A stretch of 59,685 bases of DNA from a virus (lineage: Duplodnaviria; Caudoviricetes): positions 1 through 59,685 of IMG/VR virus record IMGVR_UViG_3300028400_000156; one strand, 5' to 3'. Shown piece after piece: positions 18,715-28,619 of the stretch. Both the position numbers and the translations under genes were made by a program. Position 1 is the first letter of the stretch. Every line of letters begins with the position of its first letter. Under the pieces are notes generated by a model. It saw nothing but the letters and a program-made list of their open reading frames with translations, ran no database searches and had not been told where the DNA came from.

Positions 18715-20540
18715 TTCGCCTCCTTGTAATTGTCGGCAATTGAAAGGTCTGCCTCGAGGGGCAGGTTTGGTAGCCAGGCGGGCGGGGTAGTGAGTTCGTC
18801 ATGCAGCAGCTGCCGCACCCGCTCGGCGGATTTATGGGAATACACAAGTTCGTCATGCACGGACAGCTGTGCATGGAACCCATGTGCCACCATGCGCAGC
18901 TCTGCCTCCACGAGCACGATGCGGGCCAGGGCCTGCACGATGTTCTCAAGCATGGCGGCGCCGTAAATTTTCTTCCACCCGTTGGAGGACCGGTACCGGT
19001 ACCCGTCCGACACTCGATGCAGGTCAGGGTAGTGGATCATCATGCCATTCGGCAAGATCAATTTCTTGCCCGCGAAGCGTACTGGCCCCACTGCAGTGCC
19101 GGACCCATCGAAGCTCATCCTGCCGAGTACGCGGTCCAGATGTTTCCACAGCCTGGGAATCTCCGGGTATGCGCTGCGATAAGTCTTAACCGCGACCTCA
19201 GCTTCCGATAACGTGACCTTGTTGCCTGATGCCGTGACAGAGTAGTGGAACCTCGTTGCGCTCATACCGAAGCCCAGCCCGAGGATGCACATCTTGCCAA
19301 TGAAGCGCTGCGCCACTGTGATCTCCTCCTCTGGCAGATGGTAGAGCTCATTGGCAGCGAAGGCTCGATACGGATCACCGTTGACGAAGGCGTCCACGAG
19401 CTTCTGACAGTTGGCGAGGACAGCGGTGATGCGGGCCTCGATCTGAGAGAGGTCTCCAACGATCAACTTCTCGCCCGGGGCGGGCAATATCGCCTCTCGC
19501 AGGTCGCTGCCACGTGGCAGGTTCTGCAGGTTCAGCTTGTCGTACCCACTGAACCGCCCGGTATGCGCTCCATAGTACAGGATAGGCACAGCAAAGGTCT
19601 CGGATATGCTGGCCAATGTCATGAGCCGGCGTGTCCTCGTGGCCTTGATGGTTGACGATGCCTGTATCTTGGCCTCCGCCAGACGTCGGATCATTGGGTC
19701 GTTGTGGATCAACAGGCTGCGCATGAACTCGTCGGTCTTGGCGAATGCGTAGGCTTGTTGCCCGGTGCGTGGGCTGATCTTTGTGCCCGGCATGACGCCG
19801 TTGGCCTGCAGTATCGCAGCAAACTTGGTGGGACTGCGCAACTCCTTGATGTCGGACACCCCCGCTGCCTGCAGTGCGCCTGCAAGCGTCAGCTTCTCCA
19901 TGTGGTCGGCGCGCCTGAGTACACCGAGGTCGAGCCTCAGCCGTGGCTGGACGTATTTGCGTACGGTCTCGCCGATCATGCGCACTTCCGCCGCCGGCAA
20001 CTTGTTGATCGTCCGCAGAAAGATATCCCGGCAGAGGTCAACGTCCTGAGCGCAGTAGTTCCGCATGGGGACTATGAGCTCAGGGTGTAACGTCTTGATC
20101 TCGTTCCAGGGCGGGATGGTGCGGGTCTTGTCGATGAAGTCGCCCTTGTACCCGGCCCCGCCGCCTTCCATCTCGCTGATATAGCTGGCCACATCGGCGA
20201 GGCGAACACGGCCACGCGGTATGAACGGTGCGTAGACAGGCCGGGAAGCGAACATGGTGCAGTAGTAATGCTTGGGCACATGGCCAAAACGCCACGCCGT
20301 GACGGCGGCATCGAACATGGCGTTGTGGGCGACGAGCATAGCGTTATCCCAGTCGACCTCGCCCAGCAGTTTTGCGATTGCCTTGGTGCCGGCGGCAACC
20401 TGAGTCTCGCCATCATTGATCTTGAGGCCCAGCATCACCGCCTCGAACCGGTCGTCGAGGATGTACTCCTGCATCGTCATCTTGGCGAGGGAGTACTCCG
20501 AGTCGAACACCGTCTCATAGTCCAGGGTTATGATGTCCAT
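18711..20540 (-). CDS. DNA polymerase, family A, with 3'-5' exonuclease domain
   Basis: LDYET, AHNAMFD, HTGRFSG, NLQNLPR, GDLSQIEARI, RFIGKMCILGLGFG, VHDEL. Confidence 0.95.
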   Translation of the reverse strand: MDIITLDYETVFDSEYSLAKMTMQEYILDDRFEAVMLGLKINDGETQVAAGTKAIAKLLGEVDWDNAMLVAHNAMFDAAVTAWRFGHVPKHYYCTMFASRPVYAPFIPRGRVRLADVASYISEMEGGGAGYKGDFIDKTRTIPPWNEIKTLHPELIVPMRNYCAQDVDLCRDIFLRTINKLPAAEVRMIGETVRKYVQPRLRLDLGVLRRADHMEKLTLAGALQAAGVSDIKELRSPTKFAAILQANGVMPGTKISPRTGQQAYAFAKTDEFMRSLLIHNDPMIRRLAEAKIQASSTIKATRTRRLMTLASISETFAVPILYYGAHTGRFSGYDKLNLQNLPRGSDLREAILPAPGEKLIVGDLSQIEARITAVLANCQKLVDAFVNGDPYRAFAANELYHLPEEEITVAQRFIGKMCILGLGFGMSATRFHYSVTASGNKVTLSEAEVAVKTYRSAYPEIPRLWKHLDRVLGRMSFDGSGTAVGPVRFAGKKLILPNGMMIHYPDLHRVSDGYRYRSSNGWKKIYGAAMLENIVQALARIVLVEAELRMVAHGFHAQLSVHDELVYSHKSAERVRQLLHDELTTPPAWLPNLPLEADLSIADNYKEAK

Positions 20541-20713
20541 TTCACAGCCTTGAATCCTATACAGCTGAACACAGCTCGATCACCATCGAGGGAGATGGAG
20601 AACTTGATGTTACGAATACGTGCACCGCGGGGAGGCGGCGCCGACTTGGCGCACTCCCTGCGCCGCGGGCAATACTCGTTCGAGCAGTAGGTTGGCATAT
20701 ATGCGAGCTTCAT
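20528..20713 (-). CDS. Small Cys-containing hypothetical protein
   Basis: GAGGAG RBS; MKLAYMPTYCSNEYCPRRREC. Confidence 0.55.
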   Translation of the reverse strand: MKLAYMPTYCSNEYCPRRRECAKSAPPPRGARIRNIKFSISLDGDRAVFSCIGFKAVKWTS

Positions 20714-20724
20714 GACTTCACTCC

Positions 20725-20740
20725 TCACGTATGTATGTTA
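20725..20740. promoter_or_regulatory. Operator-like site, variant of TAAC-N8-GTTA family
   Basis: TCACGTATGTATGTTA beside the RBS of the genes leading into the polymerase; 15/16 match to 31901-31916. Confidence 0.6.
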
Positions 20741-20746
20741 TACACA

Positions 20747-21271
20747 CTATCCTTTTTCGAGGACAGTTTCAACAGCTGCCGTGATGTGGCTGGCCAGGCG
20801 GGTCAAGTCCTGTGCCATCTGCCGGGCCTTGGTCACTGTGATATTGACATCCGCGAGGCTCCGAAGCTCCTCCAGGTCGTAGGTGTGCATGTCTACTGCA
20901 TCAAGTGTCCGCCACAACAATTTGCGCCGCATCATCTCGTCCTTGAGTTTTTCGTTGAGGGATTTACTGGGCCGCACTATGGCGCGGGCGCTGTGCTTCT
21001 TGCCTCTGGCGAACCCCTCCCGCCATGGATAACTGTCCAGCGGTTTGGTCGCGATGTTGAGATACGGCACCGGGCCGTGGATCTTCGGGTCGTCCTTGTT
21101 GCCAGGGATCTGCTTAATCATCTCACGCTCACGCAGTATGGTGAGCGCCGAGGACACGGTCTGATACCGCGAGGTGCCGAGTTTCTCGACGATCTGCGGG
21201 AGTGTGAGTCCATCCTTGTGTTCAGGACGGGTGAGCAGTTCCATGGTGCGGTAGATTATTGACTGAGGCAT
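20747..21271 (-). CDS. Putative winged helix-turn-helix protein
   Basis: GLTLPQIVEKLGTSRYQTVSSALTILREREMIKQ. Confidence 0.6.
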   Translation of the reverse strand: MPQSIIYRTMELLTRPEHKDGLTLPQIVEKLGTSRYQTVSSALTILREREMIKQIPGNKDDPKIHGPVPYLNIATKPLDSYPWREGFARGKKHSARAIVRPSKSLNEKLKDEMMRRKLLWRTLDAVDMHTYDLEELRSLADVNITVTKARQMAQDLTRLASHITAAVETVLEKG

Positions 21272-21287
21272 GATGGTTCTCCAATGG

Positions 21288-21854
21288 TTATATGACGCCG
21301 TGTTGGCTCAGCATGGCGAAGTAGTCGTGGGCCATCCGCACAGCCCGTGGGTTTCCTCCGTAGTAGGCGATCCATTCCGCATACAAGTCGGAGCTAATAG
21401 GCATTTTGAGCCGGAAGGCGATGTCATCCCAAGTAAGCATTGAGGTGGGTGGGCGGCGGAAGGCAGCGAGCGCGATACTTACCAGCTTGCTCCGCTCCTT
21501 TTCGGTGCTTCCTGCGCTACCAACTTTCTGAATGAATCGGAACGCAGCCACTGGGTTGTCCTCGAAGTAAAACTTATAGAGACGATTGACTACAACGATG
21601 CTGGCCGCGCCCTTGTGTGGATTGAACCTTGCAGCGATAAACTGCTCGCGCGGAGATCGGACGATGATGTAGTTCTTATCGCCAGCTGACCTGTGGATGG
21701 GCTTGACGCCCCACTCCTTCGACGAGAAGGTGGCCTCGAAGCGACGCGTCCCACAATTGTCGGATATGGTCAGTGAGGAACAGGTTAGCGGATCTTCCCG
21801 CGGCGCCGTAAATGTTATGATATCCCGCAGAGACGATTGCAGTTCGATGCTCAT
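21288..21854 (-). CDS. Hypothetical protein
   Basis: AAGGAGG RBS; co-oriented. Confidence 0.6.
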   Translation of the reverse strand: MSIELQSSLRDIITFTAPREDPLTCSSLTISDNCGTRRFEATFSSKEWGVKPIHRSAGDKNYIIVRSPREQFIAARFNPHKGAASIVVVNRLYKFYFEDNPVAAFRFIQKVGSAGSTEKERSKLVSIALAAFRRPPTSMLTWDDIAFRLKMPISSDLYAEWIAYYGGNPRAVRMAHDYFAMLSQHGVI

Positions 21855-21866
21855 ATCGAATCCTCC

Positions 21867-23012
21867 TTATGAAATGTCGAGATAAATTGTGCGGCCGTAG
21901 GGCGGGCTGATGCCTTCCGTGGTGGATGTCCACAACACCGGGCACTGAGGCTCGTTGGCCCGGTCGAAGCTCGTGTACCCATCGGTGAGCACGATGATCG
22001 CCTCACAGTCAAGGATATGCTCCTCGATCACCGGGAACGCAGCCTCCATGTCCGTGCCGCCACCGCCCTTCGGCGAGAGATCGAGCAGATTGGTGGTATC
22101 GTCGATGTCGTCGATACCGGCAACCTTCGAGTCCGTCCAGAAGATGGCAGCGCGTCGTGGCGATACCTCCTTGACGATGGAGTCGACTTCACTGAGAAAC
22201 GTATTCAGCTCGTCCTGGCTTATCGACCCGGAGGTGTCAATCACGATGGCCAGCTCGCCCATCGTCTCGCTGATGCGCCCAGGGGTGTAGACGCCGGGCG
22301 CCATGACGAGGCGCCGCTTGAAGGGACGCTTCCACGTGCGCTCGCCGATGCCGACCGTGCGCTGCACGAACTCCCGTAGCTGGTCACGCCAGTCGACCTT
22401 GCCTTCAATCAGCTCGTCGACGATCCGCTGCAGCGACCCAGGCATACTGCCACGGACTTTCTGCGCTGCCGCCGCTGCCGCCGCTGCCTGCTTGACCTCG
22501 GCATCAGTCGGCGCATCCTCTCCGTCCATACTGTGCTCGTCGAACCCACCGGGTTCATCGTCTGGAGGCGGGTTCTTCATCAGCTCGATGTAGACTTCAT
22601 CAGCCGACATCCCCGACGTGAACCTCGAATCAATAAGGCCAATGTCAGGCATACTGCCAACCCCAGACTCCACCAGCGTGGAGTTGATGACGTAATCGGT
22701 CGCATAGCCCATCACTTTCGGATTGTAGGCCGTGCCGTCCGGGCCGACACCGCGGGCGAAGTACTCCTTCATGCGGGGAAGATGCTGCAGCAGAATGTGC
22801 AGTGCCTCGTGGGCCAGGACGAATACGCGCTCATCCTGCGTGAACTTGTTGAAGTACTGCTTGTTGCAGATGATGTTGCGACCGTCCGTGGCCGCAGGGT
22901 ATGGGAACTCATCCACTTCCCGGATGACAGCCAGCTTCGTGACCAGCACCGCAAAGAATGGGTGGTGGAAAGTCAGCCGACTGATGGCGTGTTGCAGGGC
23001 TTCGCTTCTCAT
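21867..23012 (-). CDS. HExxH metallopeptidase plus vWA domain protein (DUF2201-like)
   Basis: AATDG, LAHEALH, IDTSGSIS (MIDAS), GGGGTD, LTDGY. Confidence 0.9.
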   Translation of the reverse strand: MRSEALQHAISRLTFHHPFFAVLVTKLAVIREVDEFPYPAATDGRNIICNKQYFNKFTQDERVFVLAHEALHILLQHLPRMKEYFARGVGPDGTAYNPKVMGYATDYVINSTLVESGVGSMPDIGLIDSRFTSGMSADEVYIELMKNPPPDDEPGGFDEHSMDGEDAPTDAEVKQAAAAAAAAQKVRGSMPGSLQRIVDELIEGKVDWRDQLREFVQRTVGIGERTWKRPFKRRLVMAPGVYTPGRISETMGELAIVIDTSGSISQDELNTFLSEVDSIVKEVSPRRAAIFWTDSKVAGIDDIDDTTNLLDLSPKGGGGTDMEAAFPVIEEHILDCEAIIVLTDGYTSFDRANEPQCPVLWTSTTEGISPPYGRTIYLDIS

Positions 23013-23023
23013 GTCAGTCCTCC

Positions 23024-23956
23024 TCAGAACCATTCGATTTCAGTATGCGCAGTGACGATGAGCTCCTTCGCCTGCTGCAGAGTTTGTTGGATATCCCCAG
23101 CCGGAGCAGACTTGTAGAAGTCCACCGAGTGGGCGGTCAGCTTCTCGATGACCTCGTCGGCGAAGTTCACCATGTCCTGCCGGTCGAGGCCGATGGCCGT
23201 GTCGCGCAGCAACTGCGCCGATGCCTCGAGGTTGCCGACCAGGCTCTTGTAGAGCTTGGGCTTGTCCTCGTCGAGCAGGCGCTGCAGCTTGTCCGCCATG
23301 TTGGAGATGTTCTCCAGCAACTGATGTCGTACGTTGTCCACCGCACGCTTGGCGGCGTCCATCTGGCGCATGGCCATCCGGGTGCCGAGCGTCTGCGCCA
23401 GCGGGGCGGGGATGTGCACCTTCTCGAAGTCGGTGACAGCCGGCACGGGGCGGATGTCGATGCTATCGCCGAACTTGCCGCGCAGAGTGTCCACGTCAGG
23501 GTAGTCCGACTCCTTGGCGGCATCACCGAGGTTGGCGATGGCTTCGGCCCGCCGCTGGTCGTAGACCGCCAGGAATGCCTCGATGGCCTCGCAGACCTCG
23601 TGCCGCCGTGCGTTGTACTTCTGAAGGAAGTCCAGCGACCGGGCCACGGGGAGGAGGCGCGGGCCTCGTGCCACCCCGGAGTTGGTCGACCACGGCAGAG
23701 TGTTGGCGTAGACGAACCCACGCAGGGCATCCAGCGCGCTGTTCGCTTCCTTCAGCTCGGCGTCGGCGCCGGCCAGCAGCGTCTTGACGGCACGGATGGC
23801 GCCCTGGCGGGCATGCTTGGACGACGCCACCTCGTCACTCAGATCCTTGTCCATCGTGCGCCCGCTCCACTTGCGGATGGTCTGCTCGACGAGCAGGAAC
23901 CCACCGGACAGGGCTTCGTTGATGGCGTTGATGTCCACTTCGTTGGTGTCAGTCAT
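23024..23956 (-). CDS. Helical protein of the MoxR/vWA module (possibly DUF3150-like)
   Basis: WSGR...TLPW...RLLP...YP motifs; lies between the AAA and vWA genes. Confidence 0.6.
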   Translation of the reverse strand: MTDTNEVDINAINEALSGGFLLVEQTIRKWSGRTMDKDLSDEVASSKHARQGAIRAVKTLLAGADAELKEANSALDALRGFVYANTLPWSTNSGVARGPRLLPVARSLDFLQKYNARRHEVCEAIEAFLAVYDQRRAEAIANLGDAAKESDYPDVDTLRGKFGDSIDIRPVPAVTDFEKVHIPAPLAQTLGTRMAMRQMDAAKRAVDNVRHQLLENISNMADKLQRLLDEDKPKLYKSLVGNLEASAQLLRDTAIGLDRQDMVNFADEVIEKLTAHSVDFYKSAPAGDIQQTLQQAKELIVTAHTEIEWF

Positions 23957-23966
23957 AGTGTTTCTC

Positions 23967-24044
23967 CTATATCAGGTTGAAGATCCCGAGCACGATGGCG
24001 GCGAGGATCACCGCCAACATGCCCAGGAAGAAGTCTCGGATCAC
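23967..24044 (-). CDS. 25-aa hydrophobic peptide
   Basis: GTGA overlap with the AAA stop; VIRDFFLGMLAVILAAIVLGIFNLI. Confidence 0.45.
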   Translation of the reverse strand: MIRDFFLGMLAVILAAIVLGIFNLI

Positions 24045-25165
24045 AGCGTGTTATCGAGCAGGCTACGATTCTGCTCGAGGAACTGCGTGGTTTTCTCCGA
24101 GGAGGAACACACCGCAACCATCTCGGGGATGGAGACGATGTCGCGCACCGTTGCGATGCGCAGCTCGGGCGGGAGCCGCCCGATGTAGGTCATGACGGCG
24201 TCGATGACCTGAGTTCGTGTCGCCATGTCCTTGTCCTTGTGCTGGCGGGCGACCTCAACGGCCAGCTGGGCGGCAGCGTAGACCGCATCGAGGCGGTCGG
24301 AGCCCGGCACCTTGGCCGTGTCTGGGGTCTCGAGGATGTCCGTCGCCGTGGGCAGAAGGTTGTGCGTCTTGAGGAACGCAGCGAGGTGGGTCGCCGTGGC
24401 ATCGCCGATGGCCCCGGCCACGACTTCCATGGTGATGTCGTCGGCGGGCAGCGGCTTGGAAATATCCGACTCCAACAACTTGAAGTACTCGCATACGCCG
24501 GCGAAGGATCGGGCGGTGGAGAAGGGCTCGGGCGTTGCCGGCACCTGCTCGCTGAACACGTACTGCGGCTGGAACTTGCTGAAGGCGACGAGCAGCGGGT
24601 GGTAGCCGCGGTAGGCCGCCCAGGCCGCCCAGTCATCCGGGGTCGTGTGCACATCGAGGATCACCATGCGGTTCGCCACGAAGGACAGCAGCGGCTTGAC
24701 GCCGGCACGGTGCTCGGTGCGGTTACTGGCCATGATGACCCACCAGCCATCGGGCAGCTTGAAGCCGTTGACCTCCCGGTCGTGAATGAGCTGCGCGGCG
24801 GCCTTCTGCATGTCGTGCTCGGCCTGCGAGAACTCGTCCAGGAACAGCACGCCATACTCCTTGCCGGTGGCGAGCACGCGGCGCACCACGTCAGGCATGG
24901 TGTAGGTGGCGACGGGCACCTCGCCATCGCCGAAGTCAGACTTCGACGGCACCATGAAGCCCGCCATGTCGACGGACTCCCGGGTGGTCAGCAGGTATTC
25001 CACCAGCCCGAATGAACCCGCCGGCAGGTTGAGCGCATCCTCGAGGGCGGCGGGCAGGGCGCGGATGGTGTCGGTCTTGCCGCAGCCGGGTGCGCCCTGC
25101 AGCAGGACGGACTTGCGGGTCTTGTACAGGCTGGGGGCTACTTTTACAAAGTTTGAGAGTTTCAT
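24041..25165 (-). CDS. MoxR-like AAA+ ATPase
   Basis: GAPGCGKT, LFLDE, ASNR, ANR, STARS. Confidence 0.9.
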   Translation of the reverse strand: MKLSNFVKVAPSLYKTRKSVLLQGAPGCGKTDTIRALPAALEDALNLPAGSFGLVEYLLTTRESVDMAGFMVPSKSDFGDGEVPVATYTMPDVVRRVLATGKEYGVLFLDEFSQAEHDMQKAAAQLIHDREVNGFKLPDGWWVIMASNRTEHRAGVKPLLSFVANRMVILDVHTTPDDWAAWAAYRGYHPLLVAFSKFQPQYVFSEQVPATPEPFSTARSFAGVCEYFKLLESDISKPLPADDITMEVVAGAIGDATATHLAAFLKTHNLLPTATDILETPDTAKVPGSDRLDAVYAAAQLAVEVARQHKDKDMATRTQVIDAVMTYIGRLPPELRIATVRDIVSIPEMVAVCSSSEKTTQFLEQNRSLLDNTL

Positions 25166-25167
25166 TT

Positions 25168-25614
25168 CTATTCCTCATCAGATTGAGCACGTGGATGGGC
25201 ACCGTCACAGCCGTGCTCGGAAACCGTGGCGGTGGTGTTGAAGTCAGGTATCAGGTTGTGCTCCCGCAGGAGATTGATGAGCTGGTCAGCGCCTGCCCTG
25301 GCTGGCATAGAGTCGCCGAGGTCATGTATCGGGTCGATGTTGTGTCCGATCAGTATCGACAGCAGGCGGCGCTTGTGTTCGTCACCAAGCAGCGCCTCGA
25401 TGTAGTCGATCAGCAGTTCTGTCTCCTCGATATCGAACGCAGCGGGGGCCAGGATGCTCAGGCAGGGGAACCCACAAAACGGCGGTACTGGAGTGGTATC
25501 CTTGCTGGGGCACGGCAGCAGAGAGCACAGCTTCTGTATGCGGTCGGCCGAGGTGGGCAGCGACGCCGATCTGAGCATGCTGCCAAGCACCCGGCGCAGC
25601 TGGTCCCTGTCCAT
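25168..25614 (-). CDS. Cys4 array protein, degenerate member (C-x4-C-x11-C-x3-C)
   Basis: LCSLLPCPSKDTTPVPPFCGFPC. Confidence 0.55.
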   Translation of the reverse strand: MDRDQLRRVLGSMLRSASLPTSADRIQKLCSLLPCPSKDTTPVPPFCGFPCLSILAPAAFDIEETELLIDYIEALLGDEHKRRLLSILIGHNIDPIHDLGDSMPARAGADQLINLLREHNLIPDFNTTATVSEHGCDGAHPRAQSDEE

Positions 25615-25826
25615 CAGAACCGCACCGCGATCTTGACAGGCGCCGTCCGGATGCGCGCCGTCATGGGCTCAAGGCGCAGGCCACTCGGTGGCGCCGGGCA
25701 CGCCGTCATGCTGCCGGTCTGGCATGGCGTGGGCGTCGTGACCTTGTGGCGAGGTGTCGGGGTGTCGGGCAGCAGAAGCAGGGTGAGCAGCAGCAAAGCA
25801 GTCAGTAGTATTATCAGTCGGTTCAT
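25614..25826 (-). CDS. Small protein with N-terminal hydrophobic anchor
   Basis: MNRLIILLTALLLLTLLLLP; GGAGG RBS. Confidence 0.55.
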   Translation of the reverse strand: MNRLIILLTALLLLTLLLLPDTPTPRHKVTTPTPCQTGSMTACPAPPSGLRLEPMTARIRTAPVKIAVRF

Positions 25827-26242
25827 TCTGTTTCCTCCGGGTTTTGATTGGCAGCGAGGCGGGCGTCTTCTTCCTTGCACCATTGGTAGGTGTATAGGAG
25901 TTTCTTAATGAGGGCGTCGCGACGTGACCTCGTGGGCTTGGTCGGGACAAATGCTCCACCAGTAAGCAGCGCCCACATCTCGCGGAAACCATCCGTCGTA
26001 ACGTACGCCACGAGATTGCTCAAGGTCTCATCAGCCCTAAGCCTTGTACGCGAGGCGAAGCATGCGTTGCAACTGGAATGTCCTTCTATGTCGGCCAAGG
26101 ATAGGCGCTCATACGGGCACGAACCTAGCAGTATGCACGCAATGTCAGTTGTTACATAGCGTTGCACAAATCCTCGCTGATAGTGGTTGACTATTTTCCT
26201 GGCGGATATTACTTCAACGAGGTCGTTGGGGAGTTCAGTCAT
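25823..26242 (-). CDS. Cys4 array protein, subfamily A
   Basis: MTELPNDLVEV...CILLGSC-x15-CNACF. Confidence 0.65.
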   Translation of the reverse strand: MTELPNDLVEVISARKIVNHYQRGFVQRYVTTDIACILLGSCPYERLSLADIEGHSSCNACFASRTRLRADETLSNLVAYVTTDGFREMWALLTGGAFVPTKPTRSRRDALIKKLLYTYQWCKEEDARLAANQNPEETE

Positions 26243-26561
26243 GGCCGCCCTCCTCAGATCCTGCTTTTGCCTGTTCATACCTGCGCAGTAGCTCATCCAG
26301 CGCCACCGTTCGCATATCATGGCCCAGTGGCTTGAGCCTGAGTCCTGTGCGCGCAGCCCATATATCAGGGAAGTTCTTTGAAGTGCAGAGCGCGACGTAA
26401 TTATCCACGCAGTTGCCGGCCGCAGCTGCATTGAGAGGGCAATCACGACAAGGAACTTTGATGCTCATAGTAGAATACCCGGCTAGGCTAGGGCAGGATG
26501 GGAATATGTCGCATGCTGCGTCATCATCTATCACTTCGCAAATGTCATCAGGTATTTCCAT
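26235..26561 (-). CDS. Cys4 array protein, subfamily A
   Basis: MEIPDDICEV...CDIFPSC-x14-CRDCP. Confidence 0.65.
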   Translation of the reverse strand: MEIPDDICEVIDDDAACDIFPSCPSLAGYSTMSIKVPCRDCPLNAAAAGNCVDNYVALCTSKNFPDIWAARTGLRLKPLGHDMRTVALDELLRRYEQAKAGSEEGGHD

Positions 26562-27000
26562 TATTGTCCTCCGGCGTTAGCAGTTTGTCGAGGGCCGCCT
26601 TCCCCTGCGCGTCTATGGATACGCCTTCGTTCATGTCAGAGGGCGGCAATTGTAGGTTCTCCAGGAAGAACCCTGTGAAGACGATGTCGTTGTACATGTG
26701 AAACTGTGGAGTCAGAACGCCGTTTGACAGCAGGGAGAGCATGTCCACATCCTGCCGCTCTGGCTCGGACCCGGCGTTGATGGCCCGCTGTATGCGGAAC
26801 ATCAGGCGCAGAACTATGGGTGTTCCCTCATGCTTGCCGGCGATAACATCATCGAGGGGGTGGACCAATGGACACGCCGCGCACTCGCCGCTGCAAGTTA
26901 CGCCAGCCGCACACAGGTTGGCCTGTGGTACCGTCCCCCGTATTTTGCGAACTGCCTGAATCCGCCACAATAGATCATTTATCAATTGTTTGTCATCCAT
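26548..27000 (-). CDS. Cys4 array protein
   Basis: CAAGVTC-x3-CAACP. Confidence 0.65.
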   Translation of the reverse strand: MDDKQLINDLLWRIQAVRKIRGTVPQANLCAAGVTCSGECAACPLVHPLDDVIAGKHEGTPIVLRLMFRIQRAINAGSEPERQDVDMLSLLSNGVLTPQFHMYNDIVFTGFFLENLQLPPSDMNEGVSIDAQGKAALDKLLTPEDNNGNT

Positions 27001-27038
27001 TTTCTTTCTCTAAAAGTTCGAGGATGCGGGCTATGTAT

Positions 27039-27608
27039 TCAACCTTCATCATGTTCCTCCTCCTCCACGCTGTCGCATTTGCGGTTGTCTACCAAGCGCA
27101 GCAGGTTGCACACAGCAGCGAGCAGGTGAGAGCTGGATACATCGACTTGGCCTCGTACCCGCAGCTCGACCATTGCGTGCCCTTGTGGCGAGAGCAGCAA
27201 GAACAGGTTGGTAAATACGTTCTCGGCGCCCCTGTCCGGGTCGAGCGGGCACGCATCACAGTCTATGGGCACGATGTCGTGATCCACCGGGCAACCGGAC
27301 GACGAGGCGCAAGGGATCTCGGCGGCGGGCAGGTCCGTGCCGGCGACCTGCGTGAAGAACTCCACGAGCGGCTCGATGTCGTCGGACTCCAAGTGCTCGA
27401 TGCGGGTGTGGCGCCGTGCTTCGATGGCCCGCAGTCGGGCCAGGGCTTCCTCTATCGTGGGCAGTGTGTCCATAGGAACCTCCTCGATGACTTCCTTTAA
27501 CATACCATCCGAACTCGCAGTCTCCTTGAACTCGGAGGCCAGGGTGCCGGCGTCGTCAGCAACCAGCAAAGTCAGCTCAAGATGAGGTATCCTCCTTCTA
27601 AATATCAT
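27039..27608 (-). CDS. Cys4 array protein, subfamily B
   Basis: IPCASSSGC-x10-CDACP...NLFLLLSPQGH; clear paralogue of 28616-29185. Confidence 0.7.
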   Translation of the reverse strand: MIFRRRIPHLELTLLVADDAGTLASEFKETASSDGMLKEVIEEVPMDTLPTIEEALARLRAIEARRHTRIEHLESDDIEPLVEFFTQVAGTDLPAAEIPCASSSGCPVDHDIVPIDCDACPLDPDRGAENVFTNLFLLLSPQGHAMVELRVRGQVDVSSSHLLAAVCNLLRLVDNRKCDSVEEEEHDEG

Positions 27609-28086
27609 TATGGTTTTCCTCCGGCAGTAGATGGTCGGGCAGGTAGCTGTTCAATTCCCGCGTGCACAACCTCGCCGACGCCTGCTGCATGATCCGCCAG
27701 GCGTCACGTCGGATGTTTCCGAATCCTATATCGCAGTGGATACGTCCGCCTACCTGCAGCTCAAACAGCCGCCTCGTGGCCTCGTTGGTCAAGTAGTCCC
27801 TGAACCCCCGCCACATTGCAACACGGCGCTGTGCCAACGCCAGAGGCGGAGCGCCATCGCTGATTGAAGGAACTCCACCCTCGCCGGGGCATACGTCGCA
27901 GCCGGCGCGGAACTTGCCGGGCTGCATGATCGTCTGGAGGGTATCTCCTCGGACTGTAGGGCACTTGTAAATGTAGCAGCACGGTGAGGAGAAGTACTCG
28001 GCCTGCGCCAGCGGGGCCAGCTCCTCGACAGGTACACACTCCAGGCGGGCGACGTGGGTCACTACGACTTCGTGAAACTCGTTCAT
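27598..28086 (-). CDS. Cys4 array protein
   Basis: CCYIYKC-x20-CDVCP. Confidence 0.65.
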   Translation of the reverse strand: MNEFHEVVVTHVARLECVPVEELAPLAQAEYFSSPCCYIYKCPTVRGDTLQTIMQPGKFRAGCDVCPGEGGVPSISDGAPPLALAQRRVAMWRGFRDYLTNEATRRLFELQVGGRIHCDIGFGNIRRDAWRIMQQASARLCTRELNSYLPDHLLPEENHNDI

Positions 28087-28478
28087 GGTGTATTCTCCTT
28101 GTCTGTGAGGGTGTTATACACGCCCATTGCCCGCTGGTACGCCACCCAGAATTTGGTGTCGATATCGTGCACGACCTCGGTATTGTCGGCGGCCAGTCTG
28201 ATCTTCAACAGGTCCAGAAATTGCTTGTTGCTCAGCAGATTGTAGAAGTTGGTGAGGGAGTCCCTCGCAGGCTGCGACGACGAGAGCGGGCACAGGTCGC
28301 ACATATCCCTAAAAACTGGCCGATACACCAGCGGGCAGCCGTAAAACAGGGTACAGGCAGCCATGCCTATATCAAGCGTGCCGCTGGAAATCATATTATC
28401 GAGCGACGTGTCCTTCGTCGGGATTACCTTCGCATCGAGCAGCACCTCCACGAAGTCGTCGGGCAGGGTGTAGGTCAT
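28083..28478 (-). CDS. Cys4 array protein, subfamily A
   Basis: MTYTLPDDFVEV...CTLFYGC-x11-CDLCP. Confidence 0.65.
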   Translation of the reverse strand: MTYTLPDDFVEVLLDAKVIPTKDTSLDNMISSGTLDIGMAACTLFYGCPLVYRPVFRDMCDLCPLSSSQPARDSLTNFYNLLSNKQFLDLLKIRLAADNTEVVHDIDTKFWVAYQRAMGVYNTLTDKENTP

Positions 28479-28619
28479 GGTGTGTTCTCCTGAGCTATAA
28501 GCAGGGCGTAGACGATGTGGGCCACCTCCCTACTGGTGTGGATACGTGCATCCAGATCGACCGGCTTGTACATGCCAGGCGGTGCGGACCAGCTCAGGTG
28601 TTCGTACCTCATCAGTCAT
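28475..28619 (-). pseudogene. Probable internally deleted gene remnant in the array
   Basis: RBS plus ATG coupled to the upstream gene and a stop coupled to the downstream gene, but the 145-bp span puts them in different frames. Confidence 0.45.
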
